Counted from the stretch's first letter, positions 11,185 to 20,892 are shown. The stretch is 63,416 nt of DNA from an uncultured Nitrospinota bacterium (GCA_963707985.1 CAVPRW010000019.1:1-63416), one strand, 5' to 3'. Numbers and translations are program-made. Notes: generated by a model from the sequence alone, not told the origin.

Positions 11185-12320
11185 TGGAGTGTCCGCGAAT
11201 CACCTCCCCGGCTGTGAACGATTTCATCGGGAAAATAATCGTCGTGTCCGAGTCCCTCTTCGAGTATGCTGGTGCCAGTGCCCGCAACCACCGTCTCCCA
11301 ATGAGGAGGCGGCCCCCCTGCCCACCAAGCCATGGAGGATGTATGGCGATCGTCCTTCGGGAACCAGTACCGGCATTGGTCTTGCCACCGCCGTCGCCTG
11401 CGCCCGCGGGGGCCATGAGGTCTATGCGACGATGCGCGACCCGGCGCGGGCCCCACAGCTCCAGACGCTCGCCCGGCAGGAAGGATTGCCCGTTAGCGTG
11501 CTCCCCCTCGACGTCGACAACGATGCGTCCGTGCGTGGCGCCGTCGAGCAGCTCTTGGCGGCGCGGGGGCGCCTCGACGCCCTGGTGAACAACGCCGGCA
11601 TTGCGCCCATGGGCGCCATCGAAGAGCGCCCGTTCGCGGAGTTCCGCCGCGCCATGGAGACCAATGACTTCGGGGCGGTGCGGTACATCCAGGCCGTCTT
11701 GCCCACGCTGCGCACACAGCGCCAGGGCTGCATGATCAACGTGACCTCCGTCGCCGGACGGATCGCGCTGGCCGCCACGGCGGCCTATACGGCGTCTAAG
11801 TATGCGCTGGAAGCGCTCAGTGAGGTCCTCGCCCAGGAAGTGCAGGCGTACAACATCCGCGTGGCGATCGTCGAGCCCGGCGTGATTCAGACGCCCATTT
11901 TCGACAACATGCGGGACGTACCCGCCGACCCCCTGTATCCACACGAGCCGCGCCTCCAGGCCTTGTTTGCGGCCTCCCTCAAGCAGCCGGTGTCCCCAGC
12001 GGTGGTGGGCGACCAGATCCGGCACATTATTGAGAGCAACAGCTGGCAACTGCGCTATCTGGTGGGGCCTGATGCCGCGCCGTTTCTCGCCTGGCGTGCC
12101 GGGATGTCGGATGAGGCGTGGGTCGACTACCATGCGACGCGCGATGATGACGCCTGGTACCAGCATATTGCCCGAGACTTTGGCCTGGATGCCCGACCAC
12201 ACGCCTCAACGTAGCAGATGCCCCAAGAACCTGTTGGCAAGGTTCGAGCCGTGGAGCGCGCGACGACGATGGTGCCGATGCAATCGTGCACATCCGGGGA
12301 GGTGATTCGCGGACACCTCA
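11185..12320. mobile_element. Non-autonomous TIR element carrying an SDR gene (element 1)
   Basis: ~46-bp TIRs TGGAGTGTCCGCGAATCACCTCCCCGG / CCGGGGAGGTGATTCGCGGACACCTCA; flanks CATTGGGA / CACGGGGA (6/8). Confidence 0.75.
11343..12214 (+). CDS. SDR family oxidoreductase (frameshift near start)
   Basis: GTSTGIG, LVNNAG, YTASK motifs; GGAGGA RBS. Confidence 0.88.
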
Positions 12321-12719
12321 CACGGGGAGAGCGGCGTTCGATTGGTGACAAGACGCGAGGACGCCTCAGTCTACACGCGGCGATGGTGCAGGTCGGCCGC
12401 CCTGGGTGACAGCTCCGCTGCTATGTGGCGGAGACGGCGGCCACTGCGTGCCGCTGCCTCATGCGCACAGCGCCGTGCCGGGCACGACACGTCCAGCACG
12501 GCCATCTGCGTCTCACCCCTCATGGCGCTCGCCGATCGTCCGCTACGCTGTCGCGCACGAGTCGATGCGTCTCCGGCACGGCCTGTTCGCGATGGAGACT
12601 GGCGCGGCGGCGTCACGGAGGCCCTTCAACGTGGCAAAGGGCTGCCTGCTCGCGTGTGCCACGACCTGCCGCGTCTCTCGACGCGGTGTGCGTGTCTCCG
12701 GATCGCCATGGCGGCGGAT

Positions 12720-14003
12720 TCACGCGTGGTGCGCGCGCGTGTGCGCCACCGCTACGGTACGCGGGAAACGCCAGCGGCCGGTCCGAGGCGTCATGTTGAT
12801 CGACGGACGTTCCGACCACCAGGGCTTCTGGCCCGAGGGCTGGAGGACCGTAGCGTCACGGACCTCAAAGAGGATGTCCAGGCGATCGGCCCATTCCCCC
12901 CACCCCTTGTAGTGCTCACCGCTCTTGGTCGTATTGTGCAGCAACAGGACCGCCACCCCCTTGGCTGCGAGGTCGCGCAGCCGCGCTAGGATGAGGCTCG
13001 TCTCCCGCCCCTCCTTCTCGGTCACCCCCTCCGTGGATGAGCCAACCGCGTCGATGATGACGACGTCGAAGGCCTCGGCGGGGAATTGCGCCCACGCCAT
13101 TTTCTGCAGGAGATCAGGCGCCTCATCCCGCGTGAGTACCTTGAGATTGCGCTCGCTCGCGCCCCCCCAGGCGACGAGGCGGATCTTCGTGACCACCGCC
13201 GGGTTGTCGCGGTCGAGGTACAGGACGCGGGCTGGTGCGAGCCGTTGGCCGCGGAACGTGCCCCCGCGGGCGAGCTCGACGGTCAGGTGCATCGCCGTGA
13301 CCGATTTCCCGTGCCCACGGGGCGCGGCGAACGACGTGATGGCCCCGCGGACGAGCAGGTCCGGGACGATCCACTCGACCGCGTCCGGCGTCTGGCGCAC
13401 AAAGTCCGGGGCGGCGAGCGCCTTGTCCCAGGGGTTGTCCCGTGCCGCGAGGGCGACGCGTCGGGCGAGATCGGCCGGTTGGATGCCGGGGCGTCGGAGC
13501 ACAAAGGCGGGGTTGAAGGTGGGGAGAATCCGAATGTCCGTGTTCTCGGCGTAGTACAACACTTTCCCGCGGTTGCCGGTAATCCCCGACAGCCCGGTCA
13601 AGGCCCTGAGCGCCGGCTCGCCCATGGCGATGATCACTTTCAAGCCGCGCGTGGCCAGGTACTCGATCTCATATTTGAGATACGCCTGCGAGCAGCGCGT
13701 CAGGATCTCCGGCGTCGACTTCTCCTCGTTGCCGTAGCACTTGAGGGCGTTGGAGAGCGACACCTCGTCACGGGTGAGGCCCACGGCGCGCAGCATCTCG
13801 TTCAACTTGATGCCGGTCTCGCCGATGAAGTACTCGCCCTGGCGCGACTCCCAGTACCCAGGCGCCTCGCCGACCAAGAGGATCTGCGAGCCCGGCACCA
13901 GCGTCGGGGGCACATAGTCGCACGTCACCCAGGGGCATTGGGCGCAGGCCTCCCCGTGGTCGCGAAACCGTGTCGGTAACGTCGGGGTGGCTAAGGCTGG
14001 CAC
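12720..14003 (-). CDS. Family-4 uracil-DNA glycosylase domain fused to AAA_25/RepA-like helicase domain
   Basis: LVGEAPG..FIGETG..SNALKC..PTFNPAFVLR, then WIVPDLL..AAPRGHGKS, LYLDRDN, VIIDA, LLLH; C-terminus appears broken. Confidence 0.8.
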   Translation of the reverse strand: MPALATPTLPTRFRDHGEACAQCPWVTCDYVPPTLVPGSQILLVGEAPGYWESRQGEYFIGETGIKLNEMLRAVGLTRDEVSLSNALKCYGNEEKSTPEILTRCSQAYLKYEIEYLATRGLKVIIAMGEPALRALTGLSGITGNRGKVLYYAENTDIRILPTFNPAFVLRRPGIQPADLARRVALAARDNPWDKALAAPDFVRQTPDAVEWIVPDLLVRGAITSFAAPRGHGKSVTAMHLTVELARGGTFRGQRLAPARVLYLDRDNPAVVTKIRLVAWGGASERNLKVLTRDEAPDLLQKMAWAQFPAEAFDVVIIDAVGSSTEGVTEKEGRETSLILARLRDLAAKGVAVLLLHNTTKSGEHYKGWGEWADRLDILFEVRDATVLQPSGQKPWWSERPSINMTPRTGRWRFPRTVAVAHTRAHHA

Positions 14004-14040
14004 GCGATGTCGCTCCTTTGCTCACGATATTCGATGTCTT

Positions 14041-14435
14041 GTCCGGGTTTTGCCGCACCCGACAGCGGCCCTTCGTCGTGAGGGTCCGGGTTTTGCCGCA
14101 CCCGGCAACGGCGACTCCCCATGCGGTCCGGATATGTCCCGCATCCGGCAGCGGTATGGCCTTCCTCATTGGATGTCCGGATATCTCTCGCCTCCGGCAG
14201 CGGTGTTGGTGACCCCTTCGTCGAGCAACGCCATGGTCGGGTAGCGCAGCAGCCGATGGTGCTCCGGCGCCACCTTGCCGGAGCGGTTCTCAAAGCGCCA
14301 GGGCGAGTCCGGCAGAATCGTCGAAAACGGCCCCTGCACCGTCGCTAGTACATCGTCTGCCACGGTCACCATGCCTCGCTCTCCCGTGGTGAGCACCCAT
14401 GTGCCCCTCCGGATATCTCCCGCACCCGGCAGCGG
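14041..14435. repeat. Five 28-29 bp hairpin-forming direct repeats
   Basis: Copies at 14041, 14084, 14126, 14175 and 14408; consensus GTCCGGRT..CGCAYCCGGCAGCGG. Confidence 0.85.
14225..14372 (-). pseudogene. MT-A70-family adenine methyltransferase N-terminal fragment
   Basis: FSTILPDSPWRFENRSGKVAPEHHRLLRYPTM resembles the DPPW-containing MT-A70 N-terminus. Confidence 0.7.
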
Positions 14436-14444
14436 TGGTACCAC

Positions 14445-14771
14445 TTACCGTTTCGTCTCGTCCTCGAACGGCCCCACCAGCAGCTCCCAGTGCGGGCCGC
14501 TGGGTTCCCCGCCGCCGACGTCCCACACGCGCCGCAGGCAGGTGACCGGATAGCCGTTCGCCATCACCTCCTCCAGGACCCGGAAGCCGTCGGCTGGCGA
14601 GCCCGTGAAGCGCACCACGCCCTCGACGAACCAGCCCCCGTCGTGCGTGATCCAGTCTCGCCGCTCCGCCGCCAGATGCTGGCCGCGGCAGATCGACACG
14701 ACCTGCTCCACCACCATCTCCCACGGGGCACCCACCGACACCCCTTCCCAAGGCTTCAACATCTCGGCCAT
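14445..14771 (-). CDS. Hypothetical phage-like protein
   Basis: ORF MAEMLKPWEG.. with AAGGAG RBS. Confidence 0.5.
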   Translation of the reverse strand: MAEMLKPWEGVSVGAPWEMVVEQVVSICRGQHLAAERRDWITHDGGWFVEGVVRFTGSPADGFRVLEEVMANGYPVTCLRRVWDVGGGEPSGPHWELLVGPFEDETKR

Positions 14772-14851
14772 GCCTGACTCCTTTCCTTGACGAAACGCTG
14801 ACACTACGATACGATGCGGACGATTGCTCAACCGCAACGGAGGATATAACC

Positions 14852-15133
14852 GTGATTGAGGTGCCCCTTGAAACCTTGCACACACAGCTGCCGGAGCTGG
14901 TGGAACGTGTGTCCGCCCAGGGCGAGCGGGTGACGGTCCGGCACGAGGGCCGGGTCGTCGCGGTGCTGCTGCCGTTTGTCGACTTCACCCGCTTCGAGGC
15001 CATGGAGTCGGAGGACATGCGCCTGTACGATATCGCCGCTGACGCTGAAACCGCAGTCGTGGGACTGATCCCACTGGCGGAGGTCAAAGACATCCTCAAA
15101 CGGGAGCGCGCGGCCCGTCAGCAGGGTGAGTAA
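14852..15133 (+). CDS. Phd/YefM-family antitoxin
   Basis: LPELVERV..GERVTVRHEGRVVAVLLP. Confidence 0.8.
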   Translation: MIEVPLETLHTQLPELVERVSAQGERVTVRHEGRVVAVLLPFVDFTRFEAMESEDMRLYDIAADAETAVVGLIPLAEVKDILKRERAARQQGE

Positions 15134-16227
15134 TCGGTGCCGTATGTCGTTGGTACGACAGATTGCTTTGTGCGGAAGCTGACACAATTGCCGAACGACC
15201 TCCAGGAGCGCGTCAGCCAATCGCCCAAGAGCAACAAGCCGTAGCGCGCGACCAGCGCCTGCACCACCGACAGCTCCGCCGTCGGCGGCGTACACCGCCG
15301 CCGCACCGGCGACAAGATCGCCCGGCCCGCCCGCGGAATATCCACCGGCTGATAACTGCGGCCCAACGCCGGCACCTGCTCGGCGACTGTATCGAGGCCA
15401 GACGCCTGCAACGCGGCCACCACCCGCCGGGTGCGAGCATCCGGCGGGTCCGAGAGTCGGTGGACGTAGGGCGCCTGGCCTAATTCTCGACGCAACACGT
15501 CAATCGCTTTCAACGCCATCACCGGGCCGCAGCCGACCACGCCTTTGACATGATCGGACGTATCGCCGGCCAGGGCTTTGTACACCGAGACTTCCCGCGG
15601 CACCACCAGCTGATAATGGTTGGTCACCGCCTCGATGTCCCACAGCGCTTTCTTCACGTCGTCGTAGACGCGCACCCGCTCCGTCACCAGCTGATGAAAG
15701 TCGTGGTCGGCGGAGACAATGATCACCGGCACGCCCTTCGCCTCGGTGAGCTGCACCAGCGCCCCAATGACACTATCCGCCTCGAAGCCTTTCAAGCGCA
15801 TACTGGGGAGACCCGCGACCTGCACCAGGCGGTACAGGTCGTCGACCTGCTCCAGGAACCGGTCATCGGGACGCAACAAGGGCGCCTGGGCTGCCGGGAA
15901 TGTTTCCCGTGGCCCCACGACGCGCGGCATGCGCTGCGAGCGGATGAAGCGCGGCACTTTCCCCAGCGGCGACAGCGCCTTGGGCAAGGCTTTTGGTCCC
16001 CGATGCCCCTTGTAGCTCGGGTCGATGCGGGTTTTCTCGTGGCGGCCGCCATCGAACGCCACCAGCACGCCGGCCGGGTTGAAACGCTGCAGCAGCTGGC
16101 GCAGCAGATGCAGGCTGCCGTAGACCACGCCCGAGGGCCGTCCCTGGGCGCCCCGCTTGTCGCCCTGCGTGTACCGCGAGCGGTACGCCAGATTGTTGCC
16201 GTCGACCAGGAGCAACAGCTCGGTCAT
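15118..16227 (-). CDS. 5'-3' exonuclease/flap endonuclease (PolI N-terminal-like)
   Basis: LLVDGNNLAYR, VAFDG, YKGHR, FEADSVIG, SADHDFHQL, LAGDTSD.VKGV.GCGP. Confidence 0.9.
   Translation of the reverse strand: MTELLLLVDGNNLAYRSRYTQGDKRGAQGRPSGVVYGSLHLLRQLLQRFNPAGVLVAFDGGRHEKTRIDPSYKGHRGPKALPKALSPLGKVPRFIRSQRMPRVVGPRETFPAAQAPLLRPDDRFLEQVDDLYRLVQVAGLPSMRLKGFEADSVIGALVQLTEAKGVPVIIVSADHDFHQLVTERVRVYDDVKKALWDIEAVTNHYQLVVPREVSVYKALAGDTSDHVKGVVGCGPVMALKAIDVLRRELGQAPYVHRLSDPPDARTRRVVAALQASGLDTVAEQVPALGRSYQPVDIPRAGRAILSPVRRRCTPPTAELSVVQALVARYGLLLLGDWLTRSWRSFGNCVSFRTKQSVVPTTYGTDYSPC
15138..15244 (+). pseudogene. Truncated RelE-like toxin
   Basis: Short ORF YVVGTTDCFVRKLTQLPNDLQERV directly after the antitoxin, colliding with the exonuclease 3' end. 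Confidence 0.4.
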
Positions 16228-16237
16228 CGCTGACCCC

Positions 16238-16905
16238 TTAGACCTTGCGATACTCGGGCACCCAGCCACCCTCGCCGTCCGGCTCGAAATCGTCGAACAG
16301 GAACGGACATTCCGCCAGCATGATCGCCCCTACGCGCCCGAACACGAAGCGCATTTCCTCTTCAGCGCCGGGGTCGGTGCGCATCTGCACGACATGCCGC
16401 AGGGTACGCAGGTTGGCGCCCCAGACGAGGCCTGTGGCGACGCCCTCGGGGGCGAAGCGGCGCATGAAGCTGGTGCGAAACTTCTTCTCTTCAAACCCCT
16501 TGCCCGACGCGTCCAGCTCGAAGTGCTCGGCCATCCAGCGCTGGTGCGCTTCCATCTGCGCCAGCAAGGCGGTGGAGCGCTGCATCAGCTCCTCGTCCCC
16601 CTGAGCCCACGCCGGAAACCAAAAGGGCAGGTCGTCCAGGCGCACGAAACGGAGCGACTCTTGACTGATGCTGGTGCCGACGCGATGCCGCACCAGCTCG
16701 TGGGTGAACACCCGTGACACGTGATGGAAGATACACACGTAGAAGCTGTGCTCCAGGACGGAGCCATGCCCAGATTTGAGAATATTGTCGAGGTAGCTTT
16801 CGATGCTCGTGCGGCCCTGTGTGACATTTTTGTTCAGCCCCGGCTCCCAGCGGCGACAACACAGGCGCCCGGCGAACTCCACCAGGGCCTCGCCCTCCGA
16901 GACCG
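16238..16905 (-). CDS. thyX: FAD-dependent thymidylate synthase, 5'-truncated, phage-like context
   Basis: GHGSVLEH, SRVFTHELVRHR..SQESLRFV, NLRTLRH. Confidence 0.85.
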
Positions 16906-16960
16906 ATCCTTTGTGGGGGGCACAGGGGGGGTGCAGCGGTCGCGGGGTTGGCGCTCCGGG

Positions 16961-17404
16961 CGGTGTAGCTGAACATCATGTCCACGGATGCGGTCGCTTG
17001 CCTCTGCACAATGACCGAGAGGCTGATGTGGAACGCTCGAAGTCTCTGTTGAGCCTAGCTGTCCCACTGATAGAGGGTCGCACATTCATCAGCGTCGTCG
17101 CGCTGGGTCCGGCCGTGTCAGGGGACCGTCTCCATCTTCAACGATCCTCGATCCTGCTATGCCAGAGATGGTGAGACACGTGTGGAGCACGATTGTTCAG
17201 GGATCATGAGAAGGCTCGACCATGGTCGACGGGTCCACTCGCAAACGGCGGTTTTTGAGACCGTTACTGTCTCGTAAACTCACTCACTTATCAAGTGTGA
17301 GATTATGATTATAGAGATAGGATTTTAAGACAAAGGCTTGCGTGGAACTTAAGTTTTTACGAGGATGCCGGAAGTATCTCAACAACCGTTGGTTTTGTAA
17401 GACA
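16961..17404 (+). mobile_element. Left end of a third TIR-element copy (degenerate TIR plus res-like region)
   Basis: Colinear similarity to 29004-29452, e.g. TGTCCACGGATG, GAGACA.GTGT, CAAACGGCGGTTTT, TTTTAAGACAA, TTGGTTTTGTAAGACA. Confidence 0.75.
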
Positions 17405-17545
17405 GCAAAACGAGGTTATATAATCAAGACATCGTGTAACTACTCAGCCTAACCCACTATCATGGTGATGAAAGCGGCTTTGACTGGCTGGAGGTAGGAC
17501 TGCCTCCAGCTTTCAGCGTCTCCTTGCCCCATGCCCCGTGCACGG

Positions 17546-18514
17546 CTACGTCAGGAGCGGCTGGGAGCGCTCCAGGGCGTGCCGGGCCTCTGCCACCAGC
17601 CGCTGCACGATCTCCCCGGCCGGGACGATGTCATGCACCAACCCCGCGCTCTCGCCTGCGAAGGGCAGCAGCTCGTGTATCCGCCCCTGCTGCACGGCGG
17701 CCAGCACCTCCCCTCGCAGGCGGTCCGCCTCGTGTCTGGCGTCGTCGCGCCGGTGTTGCCAGGTGTCGATGAACGGTGTGCGCAGGGCGCGGATGACAGT
17801 GCCATACCCCCGGCTCCCGGGGATCGGACTAATATCGTTCCAGACCTCCACTTTGACCGCGTCCTCCGCCTCGGCTTCGACAATCCGGTGCTTCCACCCC
17901 AGGGGAATGGGGGCTTCCACGGAGGCCAGGAACCGGGTCCCGATATTAACCCCGGCCGCGCCCAGGACCAAGGCCGCCGCCAGGCCTCGCCCGTCCGCAA
18001 TTCCCCCCGCCGCCACGACCGGCAGGGGACTGACTGCGTCCACGACTTGCGGGAGGAGGGTGAACGTCGCAATCGTGCCCCCGTAGCCGCCGGCTTCGCC
18101 GCCCTGGGCGATGATGACGTCGACGCCCCGCTCGGCGGCTTCGCGGGCTTGCTGCACGGTAGTGACTTGATGGATCACCAGGCTGCCCACATCGTGCGCC
18201 CGCTGGACCAAGTCCCGAGGATCCCCCAGCGCAAACGAAATGATCGGGGGCCTGGCGGCCAAGGTGTGGGCGAAGGCGCTCTCGTCGAGCGCGGGCACCA
18301 GGTGATTGACAGCGAAGGGCCGACTGGTCAATTGCCGCAGACGGGCCAGCTGCTGGGGCAAATCCTCTACAGGACGGAGGAATGTCCCCACACTGCCCAG
18401 CCCACCAGCATTGGACACCGCCGCCGCCAGCTCCGCGGAGGTGAAGGCCGCCATGCCCGCCTGAATGATGGGAAACTCGATGCCCAACAGTGTACATAAA
18501 GGGGTATGTAGCAT
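17546..18514 (-). CDS. Nitronate monooxygenase family protein
   Basis: PIIQAGMA, AVSNAGGLG, QGGEAGG, AAGGIADGRGLAAAL.LGA.GV.IGTRF. Confidence 0.92.
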   Translation of the reverse strand: MLHTPLCTLLGIEFPIIQAGMAAFTSAELAAAVSNAGGLGSVGTFLRPVEDLPQQLARLRQLTSRPFAVNHLVPALDESAFAHTLAARPPIISFALGDPRDLVQRAHDVGSLVIHQVTTVQQAREAAERGVDVIIAQGGEAGGYGGTIATFTLLPQVVDAVSPLPVVAAGGIADGRGLAAALVLGAAGVNIGTRFLASVEAPIPLGWKHRIVEAEAEDAVKVEVWNDISPIPGSRGYGTVIRALRTPFIDTWQHRRDDARHEADRLRGEVLAAVQQGRIHELLPFAGESAGLVHDIVPAGEIVQRLVAEARHALERSQPLLT

Positions 18515-18588
18515 GATGCTCCTCCCGGAGAAACGTTGCAGAGCGTGCGACGATGTATTGCGGCAAACCGGTTTTCAGCAAAACGGAC

Positions 18589-18660
18589 ACCTAACGCTGA
18601 GGATAACCTGCTGGTATGGAGCGCAGCGGAATACCAGTCAGGTTCATCCTGTGGTTAGGC
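18589..18660 (-). other. attC site
   Basis: GCCTAAC (contains the stop of ORF 18655)...GTTAGGT, 72-bp palindrome. Confidence 0.9.
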
Positions 18661-18870
18661 GGTTTGTTTCTTGAGGCTGATGGACAGCGGCGGCTCGCCC
18701 TTCAAGGCACTGACTTTCAGGATGGAAAAGCCCAGCAGGTTTCCCTCACTATCGACTTTTTCCATCACCGCATCATTCGCTGTCTCCCTGAAGTACCCTG
18801 CCTTGCGGTCGAGGAGTACTTCCAGATAATCCCCTTCATGGTCGTACCAAATCGTTATGTCTTCTGCCAT
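18655..18870 (-). CDS. DUF2283-like antitoxin
   Basis: IWYDHEGDYLEV..VMEKVD.EGNLLGFSIL. Confidence 0.8.
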   Translation of the reverse strand: MAEDITIWYDHEGDYLEVLLDRKAGYFRETANDAVMEKVDSEGNLLGFSILKVSALKGEPPLSISLKKQTA

Positions 18871-19169
18871 GATACTTCGCCTCTTTTCAGGACATCCGTG
18901 TGGTATGCCGTGATCATGAATGGGTTAGCCGATAGGGCTTTCACAACAACGCACAAAAACTTGGCTGTGACTGGAGTTGAAGCATACCATTTGTAAAACA
19001 GCTCAACCGTCGCATCTGTTCGTGAGCGAACAATCCAGTCAGGATCGGCTATTGTTTCCGCGATACGCGATGTCTGGCCCGCCATTTCAGGATGATCAGT
19101 CTCAAGGTGGTGGAGGCGCTCATCGGTCAGTCGAATTGATCTGTTTCGAAGATCTTGGAAGTGTAGCAT
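18855..19169 (-). CDS. RelE/BECR-fold toxin-like protein (partner of DUF2283)
   Basis: IRLTDERLHHL..HPEM..KFLCVVVK..FMITAYHT; overlaps antitoxin. Confidence 0.7.
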   Translation of the reverse strand: MLHFQDLRNRSIRLTDERLHHLETDHPEMAGQTSRIAETIADPDWIVRSRTDATVELFYKWYASTPVTAKFLCVVVKALSANPFMITAYHTDVLKRGEVSWQKT

Positions 19170-19198
19170 AGATTGGAATCAGTACGACCGTTTTTCCC

Positions 19199-19285
19199 GC
19201 CGAACGCAAAGCTAAACGGCCGTTTGCAGCGTCGCTGCAAACGATCCGAGCGACCGAAGGGAGCGCATTCAGCGTTTTGTTATCG
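19199..19285 (-). other. attC site
   Basis: CGATAAC (stop of ORF 19280)...GTTCGGC palindrome. Confidence 0.85.
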
Positions 19286-19711
19286 CCGGCCCTTGATTTC
19301 AGGCAGCGAAAATGCCGCCCGCTCTGGCTGCCCACTGCCGTATGAGATTTCAAGATTAATCGTGCTCGAATCAACTTTGAAAGTGTAAATCTCATCATTA
19401 CGGCTGTAGTTAATTTGTGGATTGCCGCCGAGCTCAGCTGGTGCCTGCGCGGTATGTACACGATTGCCCCTTACTTCACAGGCGAAAACATAGCGCCCAT
19501 TACGCGATTTGTACTTGTGAATGTGGGATCCGGCCATCCCAGTGTAAGTACCGAAAGCACTTTGCCCCCCAGACGGCGCGTCCGACCAAGCATTTTTGTG
19601 GGCGAGCGTGGCCATGCAAATGGCGGCGCTTTCAGGGTGATCGGAGCCACTGCTACACGCACCTAAAGACGCAAATGTGAGAATGGCTAAGGCAATGTGT
19701 TTCGATGCCAT
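19280..19711 (-). CDS. Hypothetical lipoprotein (cassette)
   Basis: Lipobox ..ASLGAC; GGAG RBS. Confidence 0.7.
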   Translation of the reverse strand: MASKHIALAILTFASLGACSSGSDHPESAAICMATLAHKNAWSDAPSGGQSAFGTYTGMAGSHIHKYKSRNGRYVFACEVRGNRVHTAQAPAELGGNPQINYSRNDEIYTFKVDSSTINLEISYGSGQPERAAFSLPEIKGRR

Positions 19712-19727
19712 CAATTTCTCCTTGAGG

Positions 19728-19818
19728 CAATAACTCAAAGTTAAGCGGACGCCGCGCCCCGAACCTGCCGGAAGCTCAGGGCGTTATCCTGGCGGTCGGC
19801 TGGAACGCCGTGTTACGG
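19728..19818 (-). other. attC site
   Basis: CCGTAAC...GTTATTG, imperfect palindrome. Confidence 0.75.
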
Positions 19819-20058
19819 GTGGAGCGTAAACCGGAACTGAAAGCGGCACCAGCTGGCCGTGATTTGCCAACGCCTGCACTCTGCTTGCTGGCGCCTGGGA
19901 CTTGCCGAAGTAACTGGCCTCACCGGCTCAAGCGAGCGCCGCGCACGAAGGCCGAAAAACCGAAACGGTTGTGGGCGGCGCGAAACCTAAATGAAGCCGA
20001 AAACGAATGCGCACTGATGTCAGAAAAACAAACTGAATACTCACCAAACAAAGCCAGC

Positions 20059-20140
20059 GTCTAACGCCAGGCCTCAGGCGCGGCTGGAAGCTGAAGCGAA
20101 GCGTAAGCTGGAAGCCGTCGCCTGCAGGCCATTGTTCGGC
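20059..20140 (-). other. attC site
   Basis: GCCGAAC...GTTAGAC with GGCCTG/CAGGCC arms. Confidence 0.85.
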
Positions 20141-20497
20141 CCTTAGCCGCTGACGCAGCCGTCCAACTGCAAGGCATCCTCAGGCGTACCGAGTTTCGCA
20201 CCTCCGACCTCTTGTTCGTTCCCTTGGAAGGCGCGGAATCCGGTAGGGACACGGAACTGCCCTTCCAGCCACATGGCGCAGGCACTCCTCTGCGCTTGTG
20301 GTGTGGCCACAATACAGCCCACCTGTGTCGGCACAACCCACGCTGCCCCCGGCTTTCCCAGCCAACAAGACTCGGTACGGGAGACTTGCGTATGCGGCTC
20401 CCATCTGGACTGCCTGACAGCCTCCCAGAAGCGCAGGGCCTTTGAACCTGCCCCTGCTTTGCTGGCCCCGCGTCTTTTGGCGTCTTGTTGTGCGTGA

Positions 20498-20809
20498 TCA
20501 CGCGGTCTGCGCCCTGAAGGTGGCCTCGCGGATCGAGCTGCAGACCTGGACACGATACGCCGCCAAGAATTCCTCGCGGCCCCGCTGTTGGGCCACGACG
20601 TGTTCTGGGTGCTCTTTCCAGGCTTGGAGGGCGTCGAGCGAATCAAACTCCGCCAGCGCTAAGACCTCCCCATCCTCGGCCGTAAACATCTTGACGGAAA
20701 TAAAGCCCGGCATGGTGGTGACAATGGCTTGCATTTTCTGGTGCAACACACCGAGCTCATCGAGATTCGCTTGGGGTTTCAGATATATACGGAACATGGC
20801 AACGATCAT
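20498..20809 (-). CDS. Antibiotic biosynthesis monooxygenase (ABM) family protein
   Basis: MPGFIS..EDGE..EFDS..AWKEHPEH..AQQRGR. Confidence 0.85.
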   Translation of the reverse strand: MIVAMFRIYLKPQANLDELGVLHQKMQAIVTTMPGFISVKMFTAEDGEVLALAEFDSLDALQAWKEHPEHVVAQQRGREEFLAAYRVQVCSSIREATFRAQTA

Positions 20810-20892
20810 TGTGCCCTCCCCATCCACTATAGTTTGTTCCATTACCCTCTCAGGTGGCGTTGTAGTCCGATACTCCTTATGGAACCTCTGCA

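Noticed and set aside
14041..14435. CRISPR array
   Set aside because: Spacers are 14-20 and ~204 bp, repeats diverge, and there are no cas genes or leader
7665..17500. att direct repeat of selC delimiting the island
   Set aside because: No duplicated tRNA segment found by eye in the window
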